Positions 48,955-58,699 of a stretch of DNA of 64,000 nt are shown here, piece by piece. The first letter of the stretch is position 1. Each line of letters opens with the position of its first letter. Where the stretch lies: positions 2,619 through 66,618 of IMG/VR virus record IMGVR_UViG_3300037751_000382; one strand, given 5' to 3'. The notes below the pieces were generated by a model that was given only the letters and a program-made list of their open reading frames with translations, had not been told where the DNA came from and did not search any database. The position numbers and the translations under genes were made by a program. This stretch comes from a virus. Lineage: Duplodnaviria; Heunggongvirae; Uroviricota; Caudoviricetes.

Positions 48955-50173
48955 TCAAGTAAAAGAATTAAGAAAAGACGCTAAAGAAAAGATTTTAACT
49001 CAAAAGGAAATTGGGAAGAAATTCGGACTTTCAAGGTCCACAGTTTCAGATATTTCCTGCGGCAGAATTTACAAGCAACCTTCTACTAAAGACTTTATTA
49101 CTACCGACCCTCTTACTAAACTTCAAGCTGAAAATATTCACCTCAAAGAAGAACTTTCAATTTACAAGCAACAAACAAAAAAGTTATTAAAATGCCAAGG
49201 TCTTTATCAGGAGATAATGGGAAATCTATCAGATGTAATTAAACCTTTTACATCATTACCGTTAGCTAGGAAACCTTATAAGAATAAGAACATTAGTATT
49301 GAACATTTAGTGATGCATCTTTCTGATGGTCATCATGATCAAATAGTGACTCCTGAGGAATGTGGAGGATTAGAGAAGTATGATTTCTCTATTAGTTGCT
49401 GTAGAGCTGAGAAGTATGTAGATACACTTCTCAAATGGACTCAAGAAACATTATACCCTAACTTTCGGTTTCCCTCTCTCACTGTTTTAGCTTATGGAGA
49501 CCACACATCAGGGGAAATTCATAACAATGTGCCAAGAAGTCAATTCAGGAATCAATTCCAAAATTGTCTTGCAATTGGTCAATTACATGCTATGATTTAC
49601 CGGGACCTTGCACCGTATTTTGAGCAGATAAATGTACTTTATGTTCCGGGTAACCACGGAAGACGATCCTTTAAAAAGGATTATCACGGTGCTCATGATA
49701 ATTGGGATTATTTAGTAGCAAAGACGGCTGAAATTTATTGTAGGAAGTTAAATAATGTCTCTTTCACAATACCCAATGCGTATTCGATCAATATTGAAAT
49801 TGCTGGAAACGGATTTTCTGTGTTCCATGGAGATGACATCCGAAGCCAAATGGGAATCCCCTGGTACGGGTTGGAACGAAAGAAATACCGATTACTGGCA
49901 CTTAATTCTTTGTCTATCTCCACCCCCATACGATACTCGTGTTGTGGACATTTTCACCGCCCCACAACCATAGCAAATTTAAATGGAGAAATGCTTATTA
50001 ACGGGTCATGGGTAGCTACTGACGCCTTTATTTATGAGTCATTTGGTGGTTACACTGAACCCACTCAACTACTTCACGGGGTAAACGAGAAAGGGATTAC
50101 CTGGAAGCTACCGGTGAGATTGAAGTGTGATTATGAGAACGAAGGTCCTAAAAGGTATAAGGTGACAATATGA
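48941..50173 (+). CDS. calcineurin-like metallophosphoesterase with N-terminal HTH
   Basis: HTH KEIGKKFGLSRSTVSDI. Motifs DGHHD, GDHTSGE, GNHGR, HGDD, GHFH in canonical order. Confidence 0.55.
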   Translation: MLTFDQVKELRKDAKEKILTQKEIGKKFGLSRSTVSDISCGRIYKQPSTKDFITTDPLTKLQAENIHLKEELSIYKQQTKKLLKCQGLYQEIMGNLSDVIKPFTSLPLARKPYKNKNISIEHLVMHLSDGHHDQIVTPEECGGLEKYDFSISCCRAEKYVDTLLKWTQETLYPNFRFPSLTVLAYGDHTSGEIHNNVPRSQFRNQFQNCLAIGQLHAMIYRDLAPYFEQINVLYVPGNHGRRSFKKDYHGAHDNWDYLVAKTAEIYCRKLNNVSFTIPNAYSINIEIAGNGFSVFHGDDIRSQMGIPWYGLERKKYRLLALNSLSISTPIRYSCCGHFHRPTTIANLNGEMLINGSWVATDAFIYESFGGYTEPTQLLHGVNEKGITWKLPVRLKCDYENEGPKRYKVTI

Positions 50174-50448
50174 ATGAATTTATAATTTGTTTTTATGTAG
50201 GATGGGTAGTTGGGATTATAATGGGTTTTATTATAGTGGCGATTTTTTCATAATGAAAATTTTATCAATCGATATTGAAACTGCTTGGAGAAACAAATGA
50301 AAGATATTTACGAGATTCTGGATGACTATGTAGAAAATTGTTTTCCTCTTTACACTATGAAGAAGGCAATTGATGAGGGAACAATCACAAAAGAAGATTT
50401 GTTAGGTTACATTACTTTATCGTTACAAACTTTATTAAAGGAAACCAA

Positions 50449-50793
50449 ATGAACATTGACTGGAGAAATGATAAGTTTGAAGAGTTGTTGCTTACTGAAA
50501 ACATTCCACATGACAAGCGAAAGCGAATCATGGTCAAATTGCAGCAATTTGGTGATTCATTATTTGATGAAGGGTATCAGCTTGGGACACAAGAAGCAAA
50601 TTGTGATGCGAATTGTGATGCGAATTGTGATGAGAATTGGCAGGACGTGTATAAGGATGGTTTTAACGATGGTTACACAAGCGCATGTGACGATATAGAT
50701 GGAGATTATGATGAAGGAAATTATGGTGAAGAGGACTTTGAAGCAAATGATAATAATGTTGTTGTGAACATTACTAATAATTTTTATCAATAA
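50449..50793 (+). CDS. acidic repeat protein (ANCD x3, DGFNDGY motif)
   Basis: Very Asp/Glu-rich. Contains the 12-bp x3 DNA repeat. GY motifs shared with the small ORF at 50821-50995. Confidence 0.4.
   Translation: MNIDWRNDKFEELLLTENIPHDKRKRIMVKLQQFGDSLFDEGYQLGTQEANCDANCDANCDENWQDVYKDGFNDGYTSACDDIDGDYDEGNYGEEDFEANDNNVVVNITNNFYQ
50599..50634 (+). repeat. three tandem 12-bp repeats (aattgtgatgMg)
   Basis: aattgtgatgcg / aattgtgatgcg / aattgtgatgag. Confidence 0.85.
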
Positions 50794-50996
50794 TTTTTTA
50801 CTTTTAAAAAGGAATTAATTGATGACTGATATCTATGATTTTCTTAGATTAAGATTACAACCCGGCGAATTTCTCGAAGTTAAGAATGAAATTTCCTTGT
50901 TGTTAGCTGCAAGCTATCATAATGGTTATGCTGAAGGATATTTTAATGGTAATTCTGAGGGTTATGATGACGGACTTGTAAAAGGGAATATTTAAG

Positions 50997-52682
50997 ATGG
51001 AAATATTTAAATCAGAACAAAATCCCATGTTCCGCAACAAATTTAGCGATGACATTTTTAATGCTAAATATGCACATGAAGGTTGTGAAACATGGGAAAA
51101 ATTAGCTAATACATTGGTAAACGATGTTTGTGGAGATTATTTATCTAATACTGAACAGGAACAGCTTAAAGAGTATATTAAAGATTTAAAGTTTATACCT
51201 GGTGGTAGGTATCTTTATTATGCAGGGAGACCAAAACGCTTTTGGAACAATTGCTATACTCTGAAAGCAGAAGAGGATACGAGAGAGGATTGGGCTGATC
51301 TTTCGTGGAAAGCTGAATCTTGTTTATTAACTGGTGGTGGTATTGGAATTGACTATAGCCGGTACAGGGCATCAGGTAAAACATTAAAAGGTACAGGAGG
51401 AATTGCCAGTGGACCAATTCCTAAGATGTTGATGATTAATGAAATAGGTAGAAATGTAATGCAGGGTGGTGCCCGCCGCAGCGCATTGTACGCTTCATTA
51501 AATTGGCAACACGATGATATACCCCAGTTTCTTAAAGTTAAAAATTGGCATGCAATTAATATTCCAGGAACCAAATTAACTTTATCTGATGTAAAGGAAT
51601 TCGATTTTAATTGGCCGGCTCCTTTGGATATGACTAATATAAGTGTAAATTATGACACTAAGTGGTATTTAGATTTTTGTAAAAACAATAATCCAGGTGA
51701 AATATTTTATGGAAATGTTTTACAAGCACTTAGTACCGGGGAACCAGGATTTAGTTTTAACTTTTTTGAGAAAGAAAATGAAACACTTAGAAACGCTTGC
51801 AGTGAATTAACTAGTGAAGATAATTCAGATATTTGTAACTTGGGCTCTATTAATCTCAGTCGAATAGAAACTTTAGAAGAGTTCAAAGAAATAGTAGAAG
51901 CAGCCACTAAATTTCTATTGTGTGGAACATTGAAAGCTGATGTCCCTTATACACAAGTCGCTAAAGTAAGGGAAAAGAATAGACGGATTGGCTTAGGTTT
52001 GATGGGCATTCATGAATGGCTCCTTAAAAGAAATAATCGCTATGAAGTTACGCATGAGTTACACCAGTGGTTGAGAGTGTATCGTGGAATAAGTAATGAT
52101 GTTACCCGAAAGTTTTGCCATAAATTAAGTCTTAGTGAATCAGTTGGTAAGAGGGCTATTGCGCCTAATGGGACGATTTCAATTTTGGCAGGAACTACAA
52201 CAGGTATTGAACCCCTTTACGCAGTAGTATATAAACGTAGATATTTACGTGAAGGACGTAAATGGCATTATCAATATGTTGTGGATAGCACAGCCCAAGA
52301 ACTTATTAGTAAATATGGTTTGAATCCTGATAATATTGAAACTGCAATTGATTTAGCTGTTGATTATAAACGAAGGATGAAGTTTCAAGCAGCGGTTCAA
52401 GAGTATGTTGACCATGCGATAAGTAGTACAATCAATCTTCCTCAATGGGGGAGTAAACATAATAACGAGGACACTGTTAAGGAGTTTGCTGAAACCTTGG
52501 CCCATTATTCACCCCGATTAAGAGGATTTACATGTTATCCTGATGGTGCACGCGGTGGACAACCTATTACAAGTGTCCCGTATAATGAGGCAAAGGATAA
52601 TTTAGGTAAGGAATTTGAAGAATCTCTAGAAACTCATGATGTGTGCCAACTTACTGGGCGCAGTGGAATTTGTGGTGTTTAG
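50997..52682 (+). CDS. nrdJ: ribonucleotide reductase, probably class II (adenosylcobalamin, monomeric phage type)
   Basis: GGGIGIDYSRYRASG...GTGGIASGPIPKM nucleotide-loop motif, CNLGSINLS active-site region, RIGLGLMGIHEWL. No adjacent small subunit gene. Confidence 0.6.
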   Translation: MEIFKSEQNPMFRNKFSDDIFNAKYAHEGCETWEKLANTLVNDVCGDYLSNTEQEQLKEYIKDLKFIPGGRYLYYAGRPKRFWNNCYTLKAEEDTREDWADLSWKAESCLLTGGGIGIDYSRYRASGKTLKGTGGIASGPIPKMLMINEIGRNVMQGGARRSALYASLNWQHDDIPQFLKVKNWHAINIPGTKLTLSDVKEFDFNWPAPLDMTNISVNYDTKWYLDFCKNNNPGEIFYGNVLQALSTGEPGFSFNFFEKENETLRNACSELTSEDNSDICNLGSINLSRIETLEEFKEIVEAATKFLLCGTLKADVPYTQVAKVREKNRRIGLGLMGIHEWLLKRNNRYEVTHELHQWLRVYRGISNDVTRKFCHKLSLSESVGKRAIAPNGTISILAGTTTGIEPLYAVVYKRRYLREGRKWHYQYVVDSTAQELISKYGLNPDNIETAIDLAVDYKRRMKFQAAVQEYVDHAISSTINLPQWGSKHNNEDTVKEFAETLAHYSPRLRGFTCYPDGARGGQPITSVPYNEAKDNLGKEFEESLETHDVCQLTGRSGICGV

Positions 52683-52694
52683 AAAGGAAATTAA

Positions 52695-53135
52695 ATGAAA
52701 CTTTTAGTGAAATTATTACACCCAAACGCTAAGTTACCAAAAGTAGCTTATGGAAGAAATGAGAACGGACGATATGGATCAGCGGGCATTGATTTATTTA
52801 GTGTAGAAGATGTTACTATTTTACCATTTAATATTGGAATAGTTAGGCTAGGAATTGCAACTGAATTTCCTCCTGAATATGTGGGAATTTTAAAAGATCG
52901 TTCTAGTATGGGTAAACGTGGTTTCCACGTTTTTGGAGGGGTATTTGATTCAAATTATAGGGGAGAATGGATACTTCTTCTCTATAATGCAACATCTTAC
53001 TTGTCTACTATTTTCTCAGGCGAAAAAGTGACACAAGTAATTTTTCAAAAATTACCAGAAGTATCTATTCACTTAGTTAATGAGTTAAGTTCAACCGATA
53101 GAGGTGAAGGAAAATGGGGAAGTAGTAATGAATAA
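52695..53135 (+). CDS. dut: dUTP diphosphatase
   Basis: dUTPase motifs GSAGIDL, KDRSSMGKRG, FDSNYRGEW and a C-terminal Gly-rich arm. Confidence 0.8.
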   Translation: MKLLVKLLHPNAKLPKVAYGRNENGRYGSAGIDLFSVEDVTILPFNIGIVRLGIATEFPPEYVGILKDRSSMGKRGFHVFGGVFDSNYRGEWILLLYNATSYLSTIFSGEKVTQVIFQKLPEVSIHLVNELSSTDRGEGKWGSSNE

Positions 53136-53670
53136 AGAAACAATTGAAACATATATGTCGGCAGCGTATCGTTTAGCTAAGCAAAGTTCCGATAGTTCCT
53201 GTCAAAATGGAGCTATCATACTTTTAAATGAGACTTTATTAGGAACAGGTTACAATGAATTTCCCCCCGGAGTTCAATTTGATCTTATAAAAGCCACTCA
53301 ACGACCTGAAAAGTATATTTATTATGAACATGCTGAACGTGCAGCTATTTACCATTGCGCAAAATATGGAAATGGCACAATGGACGGAATAATGATTTGC
53401 CCATGGGCTTGCTGTTGCGATTGTGCCCGAAGTATCATTTGTGCCGGTATTAGGAAAGTTATTGTTCACGCTGAACGTATGGATGTGACCAGAGATTTTT
53501 GGCAGGAAAATATAAAAATTGCTTGGGGAATGTTGACAGAAGCTAAAGTTAAAGTAGAATTGTACAGAGGGCCGGTTGGTGTAAAACCTATTCGAGTGAA
53601 TGGGAAATTGTGGAGCCCGGATACTTGTGACTTTGTGGAGAAAGAAAATGACAGTGACATATGCAGATGA
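53128..53670 (+). CDS. dCMP (deoxycytidylate) deaminase
   Basis: Zinc motifs HAERAAIY and CPWACCCDCA (H-A-E...P-C-x-x-C). Start overlaps the dut stop by 8 nt. Confidence 0.75.
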   Translation: MNKETIETYMSAAYRLAKQSSDSSCQNGAIILLNETLLGTGYNEFPPGVQFDLIKATQRPEKYIYYEHAERAAIYHCAKYGNGTMDGIMICPWACCCDCARSIICAGIRKVIVHAERMDVTRDFWQENIKIAWGMLTEAKVKVELYRGPVGVKPIRVNGKLWSPDTCDFVEKENDSDICR

Positions 53671-53815
53671 TCATGGAAACAATGAGAATTCAAAAAATGA
53701 AAATTGGCGAGATGAATGGTACGATGAAGAGGATTGGTATGATGATTGGGAAGATGATTGGGAAGATAATTGGGAAGATAATTGGTATGATGAATTTGAC
53801 AGGGACGAGGCTTAA
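53648..53815 (+). CDS. 56-aa hyper-acidic Trp-rich protein (DNA-mimic candidate)
   Basis: MTVTYADDHGNNENSKNENWRDEWYDEEDWYDDWEDDWEDNWEDNWYDEFDRDEA. GGAG RBS, overlaps the deaminase 3' end. Confidence 0.45.
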   Translation: MTVTYADDHGNNENSKNENWRDEWYDEEDWYDDWEDDWEDNWEDNWYDEFDRDEA

Positions 53816-54374
53816 GGAGAAAGAAAGATGATTGATTATTGGGATGAATGGGGTGTTTGGCGTGGTTTTACCTGAGGAATATAGATATGATGAACAATAT
53901 GAACCATGTGAAGTTGAGGAGGATTAAGGTGTAATGATGGAAGTTGTTAAAGAACCTTGTTTCAGTGATTTGGATGTTGGGCAGTGTTTTACGTATAAGA
54001 ATCACTCTCACCTTTACCTAAAAATAAGCGGAGATTCTTATTTCTGTTTTAGTTCCAATCTGATATGGAAAATGAATAATTTTGATCTACAGTCCCTAGT
54101 GTCAAAAGTAAATGCTAAACTTACTTGGACATATCAACAATAAAGGATAAACAAATGAAAGTCGAGCAAGAAGAAAAAAGAACAGCTGTACGTTTTCTGC
54201 TCTATTAGTGGGGGAAAGTTTTATCCTTGCCGGGCGGGATAATTATGTAAGAATGAAATTAGGAAAAGATTCTTATTTTAATTTTAATGAGGGTGCTGTT
54301 TACACTACAGTCCGAGGTGTAATAGATAATTCAATAGTAGAACGAGTAGATGTAAAATTGATTTGGAGTAAACT

Positions 54375-56849
54375 TTGAGACGAAATTGCATTTATTTAGA
54401 TACAGAAAGTGTTGGGTTCCATGGTTTAATGGTTCTTATGCAATATGCGTATGATGATGGCCCCATTTCTTTATATGAGCCATGGTTAAATTATCCAAAA
54501 GATACACTTGATCTAATTGAAAAGATATTGGATAAAACGTTAATAGGTTTCAATTTATGTTTCGATCATTTTCATCTTTGCAAATTATATACTACATTTA
54601 GATTGTTACCATTAAATGAGTTACCCGTTAATCTCCCAGTGTTACAGATAGCTGAAGCGGAAAGAGATGGGAGAGATGGTCCGTGTTTAAAGCCAAGAGG
54701 TGCCCTTGACCTTATGCTTCACTCACGAAAAGGTCCTCACCAATTCCTAATGAGCAGAAATGAAGTAAGAATAAGAAAAATTCCTATTCTTATAGCTGAG
54801 GTTCTTAGAGAGGAATTAGAAAAAAGGATCATCTTTGATCCAATTCTTTCAGCTAAATGGGGGATATATGATCGACAACGTAAGGGTATAGTGGACCCAG
54901 AGTTCAAGGACATAGCTCTTAAATTTCATCCTGATAGAGGTTTAAAGTCATTAGCTAAACATTGTTTAGGACTTGACCCTGAGTTTAATTCGTTTCAGGA
55001 AATTTATCCCGAACGGGAATATAAACTGTTTGAATTAGGTTATATACCGTTTGCAACGGGTGCTTCTGATGAAGAATGGAAAGGTTATTCCCGATCGGGA
55101 GAATTTAAAGGTTACACGTGGCCGAAACATATTCACAAGGACATCGAACACTGGAGAAGTAATAATGATGCTAGGAGATATGCTGAAGATGATGTTAAGT
55201 ATACTCGATTACTTGATGAATATTTTGGTTATCCTGACCCCAATGATGATGACTCTATTCTTGCTTGCATGGTGGCTGCTGTAAGATGGCACGGGTTTAA
55301 AATTGATAGTGAAAAGATAAAGGAGTTACTGACTAGTGCAGAGCAATTAATTAAATTGTCACCGGTTAATGTTAATAAACCAACTGAGGTACGGCAATAT
55401 ATTAAAGAGGTAATGGACCCTAGCGAGTGTTTAGCGCTCGATGAAAGCACTAAAAAGGAAAATTTAGAAAAAATTCGGGATAAATTAGTAGTTGAGGAAG
55501 AAGAAATTTGTATAAAGTGTATGGGCGCAGGTTGCCCACGTTGCGACGGCAAAGGCAACCTGTATCCTGGGCCAATGTTAGCATCACTAAGGGCTGGGGA
55601 GATATTAAAGATTAAGTCAGCTGTTAAGGAAGCTGATATGTTTAAAAAGTTACTGGCTGCAGGGCGATTTCACGCTTCATTCAAAGTGATTGGCACGCTA
55701 TCTTCGAGAATGGCGGGCGGGGATGGTTTAAACGCTCAAGGGATAAAAAAGAGCAAAGAAGTAAGAGAGTCATTTCCCTTGGCTTGGGATGGGATGATCC
55801 TGAGTGGAGGAGACTTTGAATCTTTTGAGGTCACAATAGCAGATGCCGTGTTTAAGGATAAAGGTATACGAAGAGATTTATTAACAGGTGTAAGTATACA
55901 TGCCGTGATGGCCACTAAGTTGTATAGCAAGACCATGGAAGAGGTTTTAGCGTCCAAAGGATATGCGGATGGTGGAACCATTGATATGTACACCCAAGGC
56001 AAGCGAGCGATCTTTGGAACACTTTACGGAGGTGACGCGGGCACGATACATAGAAAATTATCTATTCAAATGAAGATTGCAGAGAAGGCATTTAATGAAT
56101 TCCAAGTACAGTATCCAGGGGTAAAGGAAGAGAGAGATAGGAATGCAAAATTATTTAGTGCTCTTATACAGAAAGAAGGCATTGGAACACGCATTGAATG
56201 GAATGAGCCAATTGATTATAGTGAGACATTTTTAGGATTTAAAAGGTACTTTACACTTGAGAATCAGGTAATAAAGGAATTGTATATCCTTGCTCAAACA
56301 ATTCCTGCTTACTGGAATTTGAAAGACGAGAACGGGGACCCTATTAAATTAGTGCGGAGTGATAGGGATCAAACTATAGGGGGCGTTGTCGCCAGCGCAT
56401 TATACGGAGCGGCATTTCAGATACAGAGTAGTAATATTAGGGCAGCTAATAACCACCTGATCCAGTCGCCAGGGGCACAAATTACCAAGGCAGTACAACG
56501 AGCTATCTGGGATATTCAACCGATTGGGATTAATGAGTTCATTGTAGCCCCTATGAACGTGCATGACGAAGTATTGAGTGTGACTAATCCTGATTATATA
56601 ACTATTGTAAAAGAAGTAGTTAAAAATAAAGTCGAAGAATATCGTCCCTTTGTCCCTTTAATTGGAATGCAGTGGAACTCTGGAATGAAATCTTGGGGCG
56701 AAAAAATTGACAGAGATGATCCTAGAGTGTATAATATAGAACCAGATAAAGTTAAGATTTTAAGCGACATGGACGATCCTGACTGTGATGACCTGATGAC
56801 ATTTGAACAAGACCTTGATGAGTGGGAGAGTGAAGATGAGGAAGCCTAA
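54375..56849 (+). CDS. family A DNA polymerase with 3'-5' exonuclease domain
   Basis: Exo I YLDTESVGF. Pol motif A DFESFEVTI, motif B KRAIFGTLYGG, motif C VHDEVL. Confidence 0.8.
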   Translation: MRRNCIYLDTESVGFHGLMVLMQYAYDDGPISLYEPWLNYPKDTLDLIEKILDKTLIGFNLCFDHFHLCKLYTTFRLLPLNELPVNLPVLQIAEAERDGRDGPCLKPRGALDLMLHSRKGPHQFLMSRNEVRIRKIPILIAEVLREELEKRIIFDPILSAKWGIYDRQRKGIVDPEFKDIALKFHPDRGLKSLAKHCLGLDPEFNSFQEIYPEREYKLFELGYIPFATGASDEEWKGYSRSGEFKGYTWPKHIHKDIEHWRSNNDARRYAEDDVKYTRLLDEYFGYPDPNDDDSILACMVAAVRWHGFKIDSEKIKELLTSAEQLIKLSPVNVNKPTEVRQYIKEVMDPSECLALDESTKKENLEKIRDKLVVEEEEICIKCMGAGCPRCDGKGNLYPGPMLASLRAGEILKIKSAVKEADMFKKLLAAGRFHASFKVIGTLSSRMAGGDGLNAQGIKKSKEVRESFPLAWDGMILSGGDFESFEVTIADAVFKDKGIRRDLLTGVSIHAVMATKLYSKTMEEVLASKGYADGGTIDMYTQGKRAIFGTLYGGDAGTIHRKLSIQMKIAEKAFNEFQVQYPGVKEERDRNAKLFSALIQKEGIGTRIEWNEPIDYSETFLGFKRYFTLENQVIKELYILAQTIPAYWNLKDENGDPIKLVRSDRDQTIGGVVASALYGAAFQIQSSNIRAANNHLIQSPGAQITKAVQRAIWDIQPIGINEFIVAPMNVHDEVLSVTNPDYITIVKEVVKNKVEEYRPFVPLIGMQWNSGMKSWGEKIDRDDPRVYNIEPDKVKILSDMDDPDCDDLMTFEQDLDEWESEDEEA

Positions 56850-57464
56850 AGATCATATAACGCCTGCCGGATATAAGTGGTGCAGTGGCTGTAATAAAGA
56901 TGTACCTGTAAATGTGTTCCATAAGGATAAAAATGCTAAAGATGGGTTAAGTTATACATGTAAAAAATGTACAAGAACATACGATCAAAAATACTATAAA
57001 AATAATTCAGATAAAATAAAAGAACAGTGTCAAAAATATGGCCGAAATAATATAGATAAAAGGAAAGAATATAGTAGGAAATATCGTCAAAATAATTTTG
57101 AAAAATAAAAGAAACAAACCGAAAATATAATTATGGAATCACCAATAATGATTTTGATAAAATATTAAATTGTCAAGGAAATTGTTGTATTTTATGCGGG
57201 TCAACTAGCCCTGGTTCAAAACTTAATTGGTGTATTGATCATGACCATAATGATCTTATTAAAGGTAAAAATATTCGCGGAATTTTATGTCATGAATGCA
57301 ATTTTTTACTAGGCAACATTGAAAAATTTGCAAAGAAACTTAATCTTGAAACAAGTGTTGCCCTTTGTGTTATTGTTGATTATCTTAGAAACGGCAAAGA
57401 AAAAGTACAAAACATTTTAAAGGAGAACGAAAGTGGATTTAAACCAACGGAAGTCGTGGCTTAG
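56836..57464 (+). pseudogene. HNH homing endonuclease (endonuclease VII family) with a -1 frameshift in an A5 tract
   Basis: N-terminal part YKWCSGCNKDVPVNVFHKDKNAKDGLSYTCKKC...RKYRQNNFEK stops at 57108. The C-terminal part (YGITNNDFDKILNCQGNCCILCGSTSPGSKLNWCIDHDHNDLIKGKNIRGILCHECNFLLG) is open in the -1 frame from 57102 and has no ATG. Adding one A to 57101-57105 fuses them as NNFEKIKETNRKYNYG. Confidence 0.55.
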
Positions 57465-57808
57465 TGGGCTTTTCACAAATCAGCTAATGGCCCTGGCCGC
57501 CATGCACAATATTAAGGATTATATGGTAAAGACTCGTAGGGAACTAACGGAACAATTAAGTGAAATAGAAGGAGTTGAAATACCGACAAAAGCATGAAAC
57601 CAATTAATTTTCCAAGACAAAATTGTGTTTTCGGTAAACATCAACCGGAATATTTACCTTTACCAGTTTACAGGTCTGATGAAGGCGAGGTGATTTCTTG
57701 TTGGAAACTTACCTGTAAAGAGCGTCTTTATCTACTATTTACAGGTAAACTGTATCTTAGGCAATTAACTTTTAATGAGCCACTACAACCACAATTACCT
57801 CAAGTAAG

Positions 57809-58057
57809 ATGTCCACTATGAATATAGACCAATTAATCGCTAAATTTAAATTAATCTATGGAGATTTTTATGTGACCTTTTTCCGTGAGACTACGCATAC
57901 AGGTGACCTAGAAATAAGATTTAAGGAAGGGTTCCCACCAGTAATTATATTACCTGTGGTTAATTTTAATCCTGATTTTAATGATATTTCTCCTAGTATG
58001 GATGATCCTGGTTGGGAGTTAGAACCTAATTATATTGCTTCTATTGGTTTAAAGTGA
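57809..58057 (+). CDS. hypothetical protein
   Basis: 82-aa ORF, ATGA-coupled to the HNH gene. Confidence 0.3.
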   Translation: MSTMNIDQLIAKFKLIYGDFYVTFFRETTHTGDLEIRFKEGFPPVIILPVVNFNPDFNDISPSMDDPGWELEPNYIASIGLK

Positions 58058-58659
58058 ATAAAAATATAGTGCCCGTTGGCTATAAACGATGTAGTTGTTG
58101 CCATAATGAATTACCGACAGCTCAATTTTCTAAAGATAAAAGTAGAAAAGATGGGTTAAATTGTCAATGTAAACAATGTCGTAAAGAATATAAAAACAAA
58201 TATTATAAAACCCATCATCAACAAAACAAAGATTATTATATAGCCAATAAAATGGCTATTAGAAACTATCAAAATGAATATAATAAAAATTATCGTAAGA
58301 CAAACAAAAATTATTTTAAAGAATATTCGTTAAAATATAATTTTAACCTCACTTTAACGGAGCGTGATTTGATCTTTTCCCAACAAGGAAACTGTTGTGC
58401 GTTATGTGGGAGTTTAACACCAAAAAGCAAACGTGATTGGTGTGTTGACCATGATCATAAAATTGTGGACAAAAGGAACTCAATCAGAGGTATTCTTTGT
58501 CTCAAGTGTAATATGAACATTATAGGGATGGTCGAAAATTTTGCTAATGAACAAGGTTTAGAAATTGACGTGGCAATAGCAAAAATCGCCGATTATCTAA
58601 ATAACCAAGTTTCAAGAACACAAAATTTTTTAAACAATATACCACATAAACGTGATTAA
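58054..58659 (+). CDS. HNH homing endonuclease (endonuclease VII family), intact
   Basis: YKRCSCCHNELPTAQFSKDKSRKDGLNCQCKQC ribbon, NxYxKNY repeats, CCALCGSLTPKSKRDWCVDHDHKIVDKRNSIRGILCLKCNMNIIGM. Confidence 0.7.
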   Translation: MNKNIVPVGYKRCSCCHNELPTAQFSKDKSRKDGLNCQCKQCRKEYKNKYYKTHHQQNKDYYIANKMAIRNYQNEYNKNYRKTNKNYFKEYSLKYNFNLTLTERDLIFSQQGNCCALCGSLTPKSKRDWCVDHDHKIVDKRNSIRGILCLKCNMNIIGMVENFANEQGLEIDVAIAKIADYLNNQVSRTQNFLNNIPHKRD

Positions 58660-58699
58660 AGGAAGGGTTTAATTAAAGCTTTTATACCTCGAAACAGAC

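Noticed and set aside
33757-53670. Z-genome (2-aminoadenine) or other known hypermodification pathway, suggested by the dATP/dGTP pyrophosphohydrolase-like and dNMP-cleaving genes.
   Set aside because: No PurZ/adenylosuccinate-synthetase-like, dCMP hydroxymethylase, DpdA or QueC genes are present. Any modification would have to use unrecognised enzymes, so this stays a finding and not a feature call.
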